DNA of 64,000 nucleotides from Desulfobulbales bacterium (lineage in GTDB: Bacteria > Desulfobacterota > Desulfobulbia > Desulfobulbales > BM004): assembly GCA_041599275.1 (NCBI GenBank), contig JBFHWX010000001.1, forward strand, positions 1,337 to 65,336, read 5' to 3'. The notes below the pieces were generated by a model. The model saw only the letters and a list, made by a program, of their open reading frames with translations, did not search any database and was not told the origin of the DNA. Below, in pieces: positions 45,236-54,952 of the stretch; the stretch's first letter is position 1, and each line of letters starts with the position of its first letter. Made by a program: the position numbers and the translations under genes.

Positions 45236-46345
45236 TCATGGTACGATCCTCACCTCATCCTCGCCGCGCAATAGAGTTCCGTCGAGGGTTTCGGCCTCGA
45301 GGATCGCCACCGACTCGCCCTCCTCGATCATGAACTGGGCGGTGAGCACCTGGCAGACCAGGTCCTCCAGGCCGTCTTCGTTGGCATCTTCAGTGTGGCA
45401 GAGGGATTTGCCGCTCTTGCCCACCATCTTCACCCTGGCGCCGGCCAGGCTGATGGACTCGGGCACCACTGTGAAGGCATCGAAGGACGGGGAACTGAGG
45501 ATGGCCACCGGCACGACCCCAGCGGAACCCAGATTGATGCTGTTGGGCTCGCTGCCCGGCTTCACATCGAGTTGCACTTCCTTGACCGGGCAGACCAGTT
45601 GCCCCTGGTTGATGATCACGTTGTCGAAGGCCGCCCGTATTTCCTTTCCCTGGGGATCGAACACCTGCCCGTGAGACCAGACGTTCGGCCTGAACCGGAC
45701 ATTGTCGGCGCCAACGTTGGTTGCCGGGTAGGTGGCGATTACCACCCAACCTGCCAGGTTCCGGTCATACCGGTAACCGGTTATCTCAGTGCCTGTTCTC
45801 CGGATCCGCAAGGCTCCGGCCGAATCCTCGGTGTTGATGATCCCCACCGGGGCAGAGGGACTTGAGTCCATGAAATATATCTCCCGTGCACCAAGCTGGT
45901 CATAAGCGCTCGTGCTTGCCCTTCCTGCCACCACAGTCTCGTGACCGTTAGTGAGTGTGAGCCCGAGCCTCGTTCCGTTAAAGGCAGGCCACGAAAGAAG
46001 TTGGTAATCCGTTTCCACGTCGAAGTCGCCCTCCAGCCAGCAGTACGATATGGCGGTGGCCGCAAAGGCCCCTTCACTCGCCCAGGGAGCTATGCTCACC
46101 TCGAGCCGGCCGCCTGTCTCGTCCAGCCCGGTGGCTGGAGAAACTTGTACCGCCCACCTTGTCTTGCTGAGAGAGTCGTCGTCGAATGTATCATAGACAG
46201 AGGAGGCATGGCCGCCGCCCGGTCCCCAAAGGAGCAGAGCGGCGGCCACCCCTGCGAGACAATATCTTGCACCTTCTGTTCTGATCACATCCGTTGCAGG
46301 CTTCACGATTCCGAATCTTCCTGCCGTATCTTCTGTGGCACGCAT
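45236..46345 (-). CDS. Secreted protein with concanavalin/LamG-like region and C-terminal Ig-like region
   Basis: Hydrophobic signal-like segment CLAGVAAALLLWG. Beta-rich sequence. GGGGAGGG RBS. The family call is tentative. Confidence 0.65.
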   Translation of the reverse strand: MRATEDTAGRFGIVKPATDVIRTEGARYCLAGVAAALLLWGPGGGHASSVYDTFDDDSLSKTRWAVQVSPATGLDETGGRLEVSIAPWASEGAFAATAISYCWLEGDFDVETDYQLLSWPAFNGTRLGLTLTNGHETVVAGRASTSAYDQLGAREIYFMDSSPSAPVGIINTEDSAGALRIRRTGTEITGYRYDRNLAGWVVIATYPATNVGADNVRFRPNVWSHGQVFDPQGKEIRAAFDNVIINQGQLVCPVKEVQLDVKPGSEPNSINLGSAGVVPVAILSSPSFDAFTVVPESISLAGARVKMVGKSGKSLCHTEDANEDGLEDLVCQVLTAQFMIEEGESVAILEAETLDGTLLRGEDEVRIVP

Positions 46346-46422
46346 GCTGATCCCTCCCCTTAATGATTTAAGCGGTTTGGACAGAGCACACCCTGTCCTG
46401 AAGATTCAGTAGCGCACAAGGA

Positions 46423-46444
46423 ATTACAGATGGATTACAGATGA
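46423..46444 (-). promoter_or_regulatory. Tandem 11-bp direct repeat (minus strand TCATCTGTAAT CCATCTGTAAT), candidate SARP-type operator
   Basis: The plus strand reads attacagatgg attacagatga. It lies between the terminator of the STAND-SARP gene and the start of the 45236-46345 gene. Confidence 0.5.
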
Positions 46445-46446
46445 AC

Positions 46447-46469
46447 AAAAAAAAAGACCGTCCCCGGCC
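46447..46469 (-). terminator. Rho-independent terminator after the STAND-SARP gene
   Basis: Minus-strand RNA GGCCG-GGGA-CGGUC (5-bp stem including one G-U pair, GNRA loop) followed by U9. Confidence 0.55.
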
Positions 46470-46483
46470 AGGAGTGGAGTTTC

Positions 46484-49400
46484 CTATTGCCGGAGACGAA
46501 GGTGGAAGGATTCGAGCCGGGAAGACGGCTCACGATTTTGCTCTATGGCAAGGGCGGCGCGGCAACGCTGAAAGACTGCGGCGGCATCGCGTTTGCGGCC
46601 CTGCAGACAGAGGCATTCCATAAGACCGAGGTAAAATTCCTCCTGGCATGGGTCCCGTTCCAGGGCCCGCAGGTAGATCTCCTCGGCCTTCTCGAACCTG
46701 GAATCGGCCTGAAGCAGTGTGGCGATCTGGCCGATTTTGCGAACAAAGCGGTTTCCCAACCGTTCGTGCAGGCGCCAGCCCAATCCGTCCTCCAGCCTGT
46801 CGGCCAGGAAGCCGCCTTGATAGAGATCGAGAATGCCATCGGCCAGGGCAACCACATCCCGCCGGTCTTTCCCTTTTTCATGCATGCGGGTATTTACCCT
46901 GCCCAGAAGCGTTTCCAAGGCCCACACATCGAGCCAGCAGAGCCGCTGGTTGAAGGACAACCGGGTATCGCCCGCCGCAATGCAGTCATCAAAGCCGATG
47001 AACTTGCGCAACCGGAACAGGGTGGTGTTGAGCGACTGCCGGGCCCGGTCGCCATCGGCTTCGGGCCAGAGCAGATCCTCGAGCCGGGAGCGGGACACCT
47101 GGCGGCCACCCATTGCGACCAGAGCCGTCAGAAGCTCCAGTGGTTTTTGCTGGGGCTTCCCCTTGCCCTGCAGGGGCTTGCCGTCGACCACCAGCTCGAA
47201 ACGTCCGAGGGTACGAATTTTCAAGCGCCAGGGCCAGCGCTCGACATGAAACGTTTCCCGGACAGGATAGAGGTGCCGGCGCCGGACCAGGCGCTCCACG
47301 TACTCCACCTCGATCCCCGCTTGCAGGGCCTCGGCGCAGAGCCTGGCCATGACCTTGGAATGCCACCCGGCAAAGTTCACCACTCCCGTTCTTCTGGCCA
47401 GGGCCAAGGCTGCTGCCAGGGCATGCCTGCCCTGCTCCTGGCTGCCGCTTTCGGCGAGAAAAAACCAGGCCTCGTTCAAGAGACTCATCATCTGCAGGGA
47501 AAGACTCCCCATGCTGTGACCTATCGTCCTGGCCCGATCGTTGGCGCTGGCCGCCTCTTCACGCTTGCCGAGCGCATGGCATATCCGGGCAAGCACTATG
47601 GCGACAAGCCCCTCCGGGAATGGAGCCCCCGCCCGGGCACTGAAATCCAGAGCGCTCCTGCCGTGCTCCAGGGCCAGCTCGAGGTCACCGGTTCCTTCGA
47701 AATAAAGACTACTGAGGTAATGATAATGAGCGATGTCGAGAATTCGCCGGCTGGCTATCACTTTTTTCATCCGCTTCAACACTGGCCGGGCGGCGGAAGG
47801 CCGCCCCAGGGAAAGCTCCGCATAGACCTGCTGGGCCAGCAGCCAGTTGTCCACCAGATGCACACCGCTCTCGGCAGCCACCCCGAGTCCCTGACGCACC
47901 GCCTCCAGACACCCCTCATAATCGGCATCGTGCCAGCAGCGTACCGCCTCCTGCATCTTTACGGTGAGGTGCACAAGGGGAGATGGCGAGGTGTTTTTAA
48001 GAAGCTCCCTCAGGATATCCACCACCAGGCCGCCACTCACGGTGTCGCCGAGCCAGAAAAGATAATGGGAAAGATAGCCGCCAGCAGGCAGCAGGAGATG
48101 GGGATCCTTGCCGGCCCGCAGAAGACCGAACATCTTTTCCGTCCAGTACTTCATTTCCGGGTGCTGGGGCCGCCGGAACATGAGGGCGGCAAACAGGGCG
48201 AACACCGCCCGGGCCACAGTTTCCGCCTCCTCCCTTGCCTCTTCGCCGGCGAGCAGCGAGTCGAGCTCGTCTATCCAGAAATCGAGCTCGCTGAAGTCGC
48301 CCCATTCGGCAAGCACGGTCTCCACCGCCCAGGAAGCGCTGAGACACTTTCCTGCCCAGTCCTTCTGTTTCACGAACTCCTCGAAAGCCCTAGCAAAGAA
48401 CTCCCTGCTCCTCCGGGGGTCCACCGGCAGGAGGCACTGGCCCCACAGGAAGAGAAGACGGGCATCGGAAAGAAACATTTCCCGGGGGAGAAAGTCGAGC
48501 CATTGCCCCAGGATGCCGTAGCGGCACTGCTTGAGCAAATCGGTACCTTGGAGGAGAATAAGCTCCCGCATGGCATGCCAGTCCTTGGTCTCGGCGGAGA
48601 GGGCAAAAGCTTCCTCGTACTGGCCATGGCCGGTAAGGATACCGGCGGCGGCTCTGTGCAGCGCGACGCGTTCACCAGCGGAGAAAGCCTCCCTGCCCCT
48701 GGCCACAAGGAATTCTCGAAAGATTGGATGATACTGGTAGAAGCCGCCCTCCTTTTTTCTGGAAAGGAAATAATTTTTGCGGTGCATGAAGGCAAGAACA
48801 CGACCGGCCTGGTCGAGTCCCGTCAATTCCCGGGCCTCTGCAGCCGTGAAAAACGGCATGCACGCTGTCTGCAGAAGAAAGGTACGAATCCCCGGTTCGA
48901 TCCTTCCGAAGATTTCCCCGATGAAATAGTTGAAAAAAACATCGCCGATCTCCTCTGCCTCGAATGCGGGAAAAACGTCAGTGCCGCCGTGCTCAAGAAG
49001 CAGAAGGTACCCGGCAAGCCACCCCTGGGTATACCTCAGCAGATCATCCAGAACGGAGGTTTCGGGAGGGAATGCACCGGCAAGCCCGGCCAGTTGGCGG
49101 GCTTCGTCACGGGTCAGGACCAGCTCGTCCTGACCGACCGCCAGGAGGGTTCTGTTCACCAGGTGCCGGCCCATTGCCGGGGGGGGCGCGGTACGGCTCA
49201 GGAAAAAAAGTGTGATGCCGGCAGGGGCCTGTTCCAGACAGGTGCTCAGCAGGTCGTGAATGACGGAATCGGCCGGCAGTTCCTGATAGTTGTCCAGCAC
49301 GACCAGAAAAGGAGGCTTGAGGACCTGGAACAGATCCCGGAAATACCGGAGGGCGAAGCGGCGGATATCGAGAAAGTTTTCAGGGGCGGGAGGTGCGGGC

Positions 49401-49690
49401 GGTTTTCCTCTCCTGTAGGGTGCCCTGCCGGCGGCGAGGCTCAGAAAGTGAAAAAAATTCGCCGCATCACCGTCGTCCTCTTCCAGTTGATACCAGAGGC
49501 AGGGAAGCCTGAAAGCATCCAGGTAGCTCGCGGTCAGGGTCGTTTTGCCGGCCCCCGGCAAGCCACGAATCCATATGCCACGGCATGCCGCGCGCAACTC
49601 CTCCAAGCGCGAGAAAAGGCGTGCTCGGTGGCACACCGCAGCAAGACGCGGTCGAGAGATTTTGGCGATGTTCCCCTGCGGCGGTCCCAT
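46484..49690 (-). CDS. STAND (MalT-like) ATPase - TPR/helical repeats - C-terminal winged-helix + BTAD (SARP-type) regulator
   Basis: 1068 aa. Walker A GLPGAGKTTL near the N-terminus. C-terminus LKIRTLGRFELVVDGKPL..PLELLTALVAMGG..LLWPE..ARQSLNTTLFRLRK plus a BTAD-like helical tail. Confidence 0.85.
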   Translation of the reverse strand: MGPPQGNIAKISRPRLAAVCHRARLFSRLEELRAACRGIWIRGLPGAGKTTLTASYLDAFRLPCLWYQLEEDDGDAANFFHFLSLAAGRAPYRRGKPPAPPAPENFLDIRRFALRYFRDLFQVLKPPFLVVLDNYQELPADSVIHDLLSTCLEQAPAGITLFFLSRTAPPPAMGRHLVNRTLLAVGQDELVLTRDEARQLAGLAGAFPPETSVLDDLLRYTQGWLAGYLLLLEHGGTDVFPAFEAEEIGDVFFNYFIGEIFGRIEPGIRTFLLQTACMPFFTAAEARELTGLDQAGRVLAFMHRKNYFLSRKKEGGFYQYHPIFREFLVARGREAFSAGERVALHRAAAGILTGHGQYEEAFALSAETKDWHAMRELILLQGTDLLKQCRYGILGQWLDFLPREMFLSDARLLFLWGQCLLPVDPRRSREFFARAFEEFVKQKDWAGKCLSASWAVETVLAEWGDFSELDFWIDELDSLLAGEEAREEAETVARAVFALFAALMFRRPQHPEMKYWTEKMFGLLRAGKDPHLLLPAGGYLSHYLFWLGDTVSGGLVVDILRELLKNTSPSPLVHLTVKMQEAVRCWHDADYEGCLEAVRQGLGVAAESGVHLVDNWLLAQQVYAELSLGRPSAARPVLKRMKKVIASRRILDIAHYHYLSSLYFEGTGDLELALEHGRSALDFSARAGAPFPEGLVAIVLARICHALGKREEAASANDRARTIGHSMGSLSLQMMSLLNEAWFFLAESGSQEQGRHALAAALALARRTGVVNFAGWHSKVMARLCAEALQAGIEVEYVERLVRRRHLYPVRETFHVERWPWRLKIRTLGRFELVVDGKPLQGKGKPQQKPLELLTALVAMGGRQVSRSRLEDLLWPEADGDRARQSLNTTLFRLRKFIGFDDCIAAGDTRLSFNQRLCWLDVWALETLLGRVNTRMHEKGKDRRDVVALADGILDLYQGGFLADRLEDGLGWRLHERLGNRFVRKIGQIATLLQADSRFEKAEEIYLRALERDPCQEEFYLGLMECLCLQGRKRDAAAVFQRCRAALAIEQNREPSSRLESFHLRLRQ

Positions 49691-49960
49691 GGTCCTGCCC
49701 CCTGTTGAATGCCGGCAATGACTCCAGGAGTTTTCAGGCCAACGAAGAGACGTCCTCTTTTCTTACCTTAGACCACACAACGCCCCCAAAGACAACCTCC
49801 GGGAGAGCCTGCTCACTGTTTTTCACGACGGAACTCCGGCACGATGCGAAACCGTTTCCTCCGTGGCGCAGGGAATAACTGGCCCACCGCACCAGGGTGT
49901 CGCACACGAAACAGACTAACCAACGGATGCACCCAAAACCGACAAAAGGAGAAAAGCGCC

Positions 49961-50468
49961 ATGCGACTCTTTCAGACTTTCTTCTGGGACTGCCCCAGTT
50001 ACGAGGAAAAGGGGAGTCGTGGAGTTTCCCGAAAAAGGCTGTTGCCGGTCTGGCGGATACCGGCGCGAGCGGCCTCTGGCAGCCGCCTTCGGGAAAGTAG
50101 AGCCACGCCGATTCGATGGGCTACGCGCCTATGACGACTACGACCAGGGAGAGTTCGACCAAAAAGGCGGCGGCAAGACCTGATTCGGCCTGAAGGATTG
50201 GTGCGGTCCTCCCTGGTCGGTCGCCAGCAGCACCCACCAGCACGGCATGACGGTGATCGCCGGCGCGGTGCGCAACACCGATCCCAAAAACTGGTGCAGC
50301 GCCCGGGTACCGAGCCGCTGGCCGCACCGCACGTTCTCCCCTGCCGCCCGGTGGGGCCAGGACCTGGCAACACCCATTGCCAAACAGAACGACGGCGGCG
50401 GCTGGGCCGGGCACTACGCCCCGGCCCGGGATAAGCGGTGTACGAGCCAGGGTCGAATACGCCATTGA
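49961..50468 (+). pseudogene. Decayed, internally deleted copy of the alpha-amylase gene at 54953-56263
   Basis: The 5' part (MRLFQTFFWDCP..) and the 3' part align at the DNA level to the intact gene. There is an indel frameshift, in-frame stops and an 819-bp internal deletion. Confidence 0.85.
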
Positions 50469-50680
50469 AACGATCATGGCCGCCCCGCGGCAGGATTCTC
50501 GGAAGCTACCCGTGGAGGGCGAAAGCGATCGCCCCTTCAAACTCATTTCATGTGAATTAGCATGAAAAATAGGAACTTTTTTAGTTTTCCACATTGTGGT
50601 ACTAATACGGGAGCATCGCTTGGGGTGGAAAAACGGTCCTGGCCCGCCCCCGTCAACCGAAAAAAAACGAGGACAAAGGG

Positions 50681-51961
50681 ATGACGCCACCGAAGACGAT
50701 TCGAACTTTTCTGGGTCTTGGACTTCTTGCCTGCTGTGGGGCCACGGCGGGTTGCAGCGGTGGCTCCCACGAACCACAGCCCTTTGTCTGCAACGATGCC
50801 ATCGGCTGTGTCGACATCGGCCCCGGCGAACCCATCCGCATCGGGGTGCTGCAGTCCCTTTCAGGCGACACCGAGCCCCTCGGCCGGGAGCAGGTGCGTG
50901 GCATCGAACTGGCCCTCGATCGCGCCGACCTGAGCGGCCTCGGGCATCCCGTCGTCTTCCAGATCGAGGACACAGGCTGCACTGCCGAAGGCGGCGCCAA
51001 TGCCGCCCTCAAGGTGATCGCCGACCCGCAGACCGTGGCCATTCTCGGCACCACTTGTTCGGGAGCCGCCGCCACCGCTGCCAAGGCGATGAGCGAAGCC
51101 GGGCTCACCATGATCTCGGGCAACAACTCCGCCCCCTTCCTGACCGCAATCGGCGGCAAACGGGCGCCAAACTGGCAGGCCGGCTACTTCCGGACCGCGC
51201 CCAACGAGGAAAACGCCGGCCGGGTGGCGGCCCGCTACGCCTTCGCAGGGCTTGGCCTGCGGCGGGCCGCCACGGTGAACGACGGCGACATATACACCCA
51301 GGGCCTGGCCGAAGGTTTTGAACAGACCTTCCGGCAACTCGGCGGCCAAATCGTCTTTTCGACCTCCATCGAAAAGGAGGAAAGCGACGTGGGCCCCACC
51401 CTGAACGGCGCCCGGCAGGCCGGCGCCGAGATCCTCTTCTTCCCGCTCTTCCAGCCGGACGGCAACAATATCTTGCTCGGAGCCCGGGGCCGGCGCGATT
51501 TCGACGGCATCACCCTGATGAGCGACGGCGCCCTGATCGAGGCGTCCTTTCTCGAAGCGGTGGGCGAGACCGGGCGCGGCATGTTGTTCGTGGGGCCCGC
51601 CAAACCCGAAGGACCGGCCGTCTCCGAACTGGAAGCTGCGTATCGGGCCCGTTACGGCGAAGCCCCCTCCACCCACTATTACCTGAACGGCCACGACGCG
51701 GCCGGGCTCCTGTTCTCAGCCCTGAACAAGCTTGCGGTCCGGGATTCGGATGGCACACTGCACTTCGGACGCCAGGCCTTGCGCGATACCCTTTACGCCA
51801 CCAGGGACTTTGCCGGCGTGACCGGCTCCCTGAGCTGCGACGAATTCGGCGACTGCGCCCGTTCCCCCTTCAATATCCTGCGGTTGGACGAACCGGCAAA
51901 GGGTCTCGACGGATTGCTGTCAAACGTGATGTTTTCCTCCTCCGAAAACGACTCCCCCTGA
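50681..51961 (+). CDS. Lipoprotein, ABC-type periplasmic solute-binding protein (LivJ/K-like, branched-chain amino acid family)
   Basis: Lipobox GLLACCG. Type-I PBP motifs (IRIGVLQSLSG.., ..ILGTTCSGAA..). Confidence 0.8.
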   Translation: MTPPKTIRTFLGLGLLACCGATAGCSGGSHEPQPFVCNDAIGCVDIGPGEPIRIGVLQSLSGDTEPLGREQVRGIELALDRADLSGLGHPVVFQIEDTGCTAEGGANAALKVIADPQTVAILGTTCSGAAATAAKAMSEAGLTMISGNNSAPFLTAIGGKRAPNWQAGYFRTAPNEENAGRVAARYAFAGLGLRRAATVNDGDIYTQGLAEGFEQTFRQLGGQIVFSTSIEKEESDVGPTLNGARQAGAEILFFPLFQPDGNNILLGARGRRDFDGITLMSDGALIEASFLEAVGETGRGMLFVGPAKPEGPAVSELEAAYRARYGEAPSTHYYLNGHDAAGLLFSALNKLAVRDSDGTLHFGRQALRDTLYATRDFAGVTGSLSCDEFGDCARSPFNILRLDEPAKGLDGLLSNVMFSSSENDSP

Positions 51962-52018
51962 GCCAGTCGCGTTTTCTGCCACACGATCCGGTCGTGACAT
52001 GCGAGCAGAAAAATTAAA

Positions 52019-54721
52019 ATGTTGGAAAGAAGACTAAAGAACAACCTCGGCAGGGTGAGCATCACCACCCGTTTCGGGCTCGGCATCGGGCTGCTGCTCC
52101 TGCTCTTCGTGGTGGTGGCCGCCACCGGCACCTTTGCTCTGCTGCGTACCGAGCGGGCCGAGAATTCGATCATGCGGAGCCGGCAGGTGCAGAGCATGGT
52201 CCTCGAGATGGACCGCGGCCTTGAGCAGGCCAGGCGTTTGCACGGCGATTTCTTCCTGCATTACCCGCATATCGGGTTCGCCGCCGCCCACGAGCGATAC
52301 GCCCAGGCCTCGGTGCGGGAAACCGCCAGGGTACTGGCCATCGGCAACGAACTGCGCGGCATGATTTCCGGTTCCTCGCCGCGACGTCCCCTGAAGGGGC
52401 GTATCGTCGAGCTCAACCTCTACCTCTCGACAACCAAGCGATTTTCCGAAACTTCCATCGACGCCGTGGAACTGGTCACGGAACTCGCCGCCCCAAACAG
52501 GGGGCTGGAAACCCTACTGAAGAACGGTTTCACTGCGCTCACAGCAGCGACGGCGGACAGCGTCGACCTTCTCCACCAGGCCGGTATGGCCAGGAATCTT
52601 GGTCAAGAATACCTGCTCAGCCGCAAACGCCCCTTCATGCAGGGCGCCCTCAACACCCTGGCCACGCTCCGGCAGGAGGCCTCCGCCAGGACCGACGACC
52701 TGCCGGCCCGCGCCGACATCCTCCGCGAGCTCGAAACCCTCGAACAGACGGCTTTGGAGATACTCCAAATCGATGAGGCAGTAAAATCGAAGCTCAACGA
52801 TTTCGCCCTGCAGGCAGAATCCCTGGCCGGCAGCTCCACCGCCCTCCTGGCCCAGGCCAGGAAAGAAGTCGACGAGGCGAGGGCCTCAATCGACCGCCTG
52901 CACAGGCTCAGCCTGTGGATAATGGCCATCGTCACTCTGGCCGGCTTGACCGCCGCGATTCTCATTTCCTGGCAGCTGCACCGCACCATCACCCACCGGA
53001 TACTCACCCTGACACGCACCGCCGAATCGATGCGCCAGGGCAATCTGCAGGTGACGGCCCTCGAGGAGGGCGACGACGAGCTCTGCGAACTGGCAGTCAC
53101 CTTCAACCTCATGGCCGGCCGTATCCGTGAGCTTGTTGACGGGCTCGAGTCGAAAGTCAGCCAGCGCACCGCCGAACTCGCTGCCAGCGAGAAGCGCTTT
53201 CGCCAGCTATTCGACCACATGAAGAGCGGCGTCGTGGTCTATCAGCCGGATGAGCAAGGCATGGACTTCGTGATCCGCGACTGCAACCGGGCGGCGGAGC
53301 GCATCGAAGGAGTGCGGCGGGAGGCGATCCTCGGCCGAAAGGTCAGCCAGGTTTTCCCGGGCGTCGAGGGCTTCGGACTGCTCGAGGTGTTCCGCAAGAG
53401 CCTGCAAAGCGGCCAGGTCCTGACCCATCCGATCACTCTCTACAAGGACGAACGGATCGAAGGCTGGCGGGAGAACACGGTGTACCCGCTGCCGTCGGGC
53501 GAGGTGGTGGCGGTGTACGACGATCTCACCGAGCAGAAAAGAGCCGAGGCTGAAAAGAGGAAGATGAAAATACGGCTGCAGCGCGCCCAGAAGATGGAGG
53601 CCATAGGTCTTCTCGCCGGTGGCGTCGCCCATGACCTGAACAATATCCTGGCCGCCCTCGTGGGTTATCCCGAACTTCTTCTCCTGCAACTTCCCAAGGA
53701 CAGCGAGCTGCGTGAGCCGATCGCCGCCATTGGCGCCGCCGGTCAACGGGCCGCGGCCGTGGTCGCCGACCTGCTCACCGTGGCCCGGGGAGTAGCAGCG
53801 GCCCGCGAGCTGGTCGACCTCAATTCTCTGCTCGGAGAATATCTGCTCTCACCGGAGGGGGTTAAACTCAAGGACAACCATCCAGATATCCGCTGTATCT
53901 CGGAGCCAGCGCCACAGCACCTGCCGGTTTCCTGCTCGCCGGTGCACATCAAGAAGAGCATCATGAACCTGGCCACCAATGCCATGGAGGCCATCGACGG
54001 TCCGGGCCAGGTACTGCTCGCCACCAGCCGGCGCACCCTGGACGCCGAGGAGGCCGCCGATATCGGCCTGCAACCCGGCGACTACGCGGTTCTCACGGTG
54101 CGTGACAACGGCTCGGGTATTTCCGAACAGGACCTCGCCCATATCTTCGAGCCCTTCTACAGTAAAAAAATAATGGGCCGCAGCGGGACCGGTCTTGGTC
54201 TCGCCGTGGTCTGGAACACGATAAAGGATCATGGCGGAACCGTCCTCGTCGAAAGCAGCCGGGCCGGCACCCTGTTCACCCTTTACCTGCCCCTGGCCGC
54301 GGATTCCCTGCCCGACAAGGCCGAGAACGACATCACTCCTGCCGGGCTGCGGGGACGGGGGGAAAAGATATTGGTGGTTGACGACGAGAGACAGGTCCGG
54401 GCACTCGCCGCCGACATGCTCCGGGTCATGGGCTACCAGGTCACGACCGTCTCCTCGGGTGAAGAAGCCCTCCGCTTCCTGCGCGACAACCGGGTCGACC
54501 TCGTGCTCCTCGACATGCTCATGGAACCCGGCCTCAATGGCCGCCAAACCTATGAGCAGGCCGTCGCCCTGCACCCGGGTCTGCGGGCGGTGATCATGAG
54601 CGGCTACTCCGAAAGCGAGGAAGTCCGCAAGGCAAGAGGGCTCGGTGCCGGCGCTTTCCTCAGGAAGCCCTTTACCGTGGCTCAGCTCGGCCGTACCGTG
54701 CAGGACGAACTGGCACGATGA
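52019..54721 (+). CDS. Hybrid sensor histidine kinase (TM sensor region, HAMP, PAS, HisKA, HATPase, receiver)
   Basis: H-box GGVAHDLNNILAAL, ATPase DNGSGIS..GTGLGLAVV, and C-terminal receiver ILVVDDE..LLDMLMEPGLNG..KP. Confidence 0.9.
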   Translation: MLERRLKNNLGRVSITTRFGLGIGLLLLLFVVVAATGTFALLRTERAENSIMRSRQVQSMVLEMDRGLEQARRLHGDFFLHYPHIGFAAAHERYAQASVRETARVLAIGNELRGMISGSSPRRPLKGRIVELNLYLSTTKRFSETSIDAVELVTELAAPNRGLETLLKNGFTALTAATADSVDLLHQAGMARNLGQEYLLSRKRPFMQGALNTLATLRQEASARTDDLPARADILRELETLEQTALEILQIDEAVKSKLNDFALQAESLAGSSTALLAQARKEVDEARASIDRLHRLSLWIMAIVTLAGLTAAILISWQLHRTITHRILTLTRTAESMRQGNLQVTALEEGDDELCELAVTFNLMAGRIRELVDGLESKVSQRTAELAASEKRFRQLFDHMKSGVVVYQPDEQGMDFVIRDCNRAAERIEGVRREAILGRKVSQVFPGVEGFGLLEVFRKSLQSGQVLTHPITLYKDERIEGWRENTVYPLPSGEVVAVYDDLTEQKRAEAEKRKMKIRLQRAQKMEAIGLLAGGVAHDLNNILAALVGYPELLLLQLPKDSELREPIAAIGAAGQRAAAVVADLLTVARGVAAARELVDLNSLLGEYLLSPEGVKLKDNHPDIRCISEPAPQHLPVSCSPVHIKKSIMNLATNAMEAIDGPGQVLLATSRRTLDAEEAADIGLQPGDYAVLTVRDNGSGISEQDLAHIFEPFYSKKIMGRSGTGLGLAVVWNTIKDHGGTVLVESSRAGTLFTLYLPLAADSLPDKAENDITPAGLRGRGEKILVVDDERQVRALAADMLRVMGYQVTTVSSGEEALRFLRDNRVDLVLLDMLMEPGLNGRQTYEQAVALHPGLRAVIMSGYSESEEVRKARGLGAGAFLRKPFTVAQLGRTVQDELAR

Positions 54722-54952
54722 GATGGCAGTACTACGATTTCTCCTCTTTTTCTTCCGCTCCCGGATTTCCGTGGCCGCAACCCGCAAAGTGTGGTAGGAA
54801 AACAAACTAACCAACCGTAGCAGCCAGACAGTTTTTTCCTGACCGCGCTCCTCCCCTGCCTTATCCCCGGGGATACATCATGGTATCAGAGTGCCTTATG
54901 GGCACGAAGCGCCCTCCCTTGTGCCTTCTTCCCTTTTGCGAGGAACCGAGCA

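Noticed and set aside
46487-49708. 1073-aa plus-strand ORF
   Set aside because: It is a mirror-frame artefact of the STAND-SARP gene. Only the minus-strand product has a Walker A motif, TPR-like repeats and a winged helix/BTAD module.
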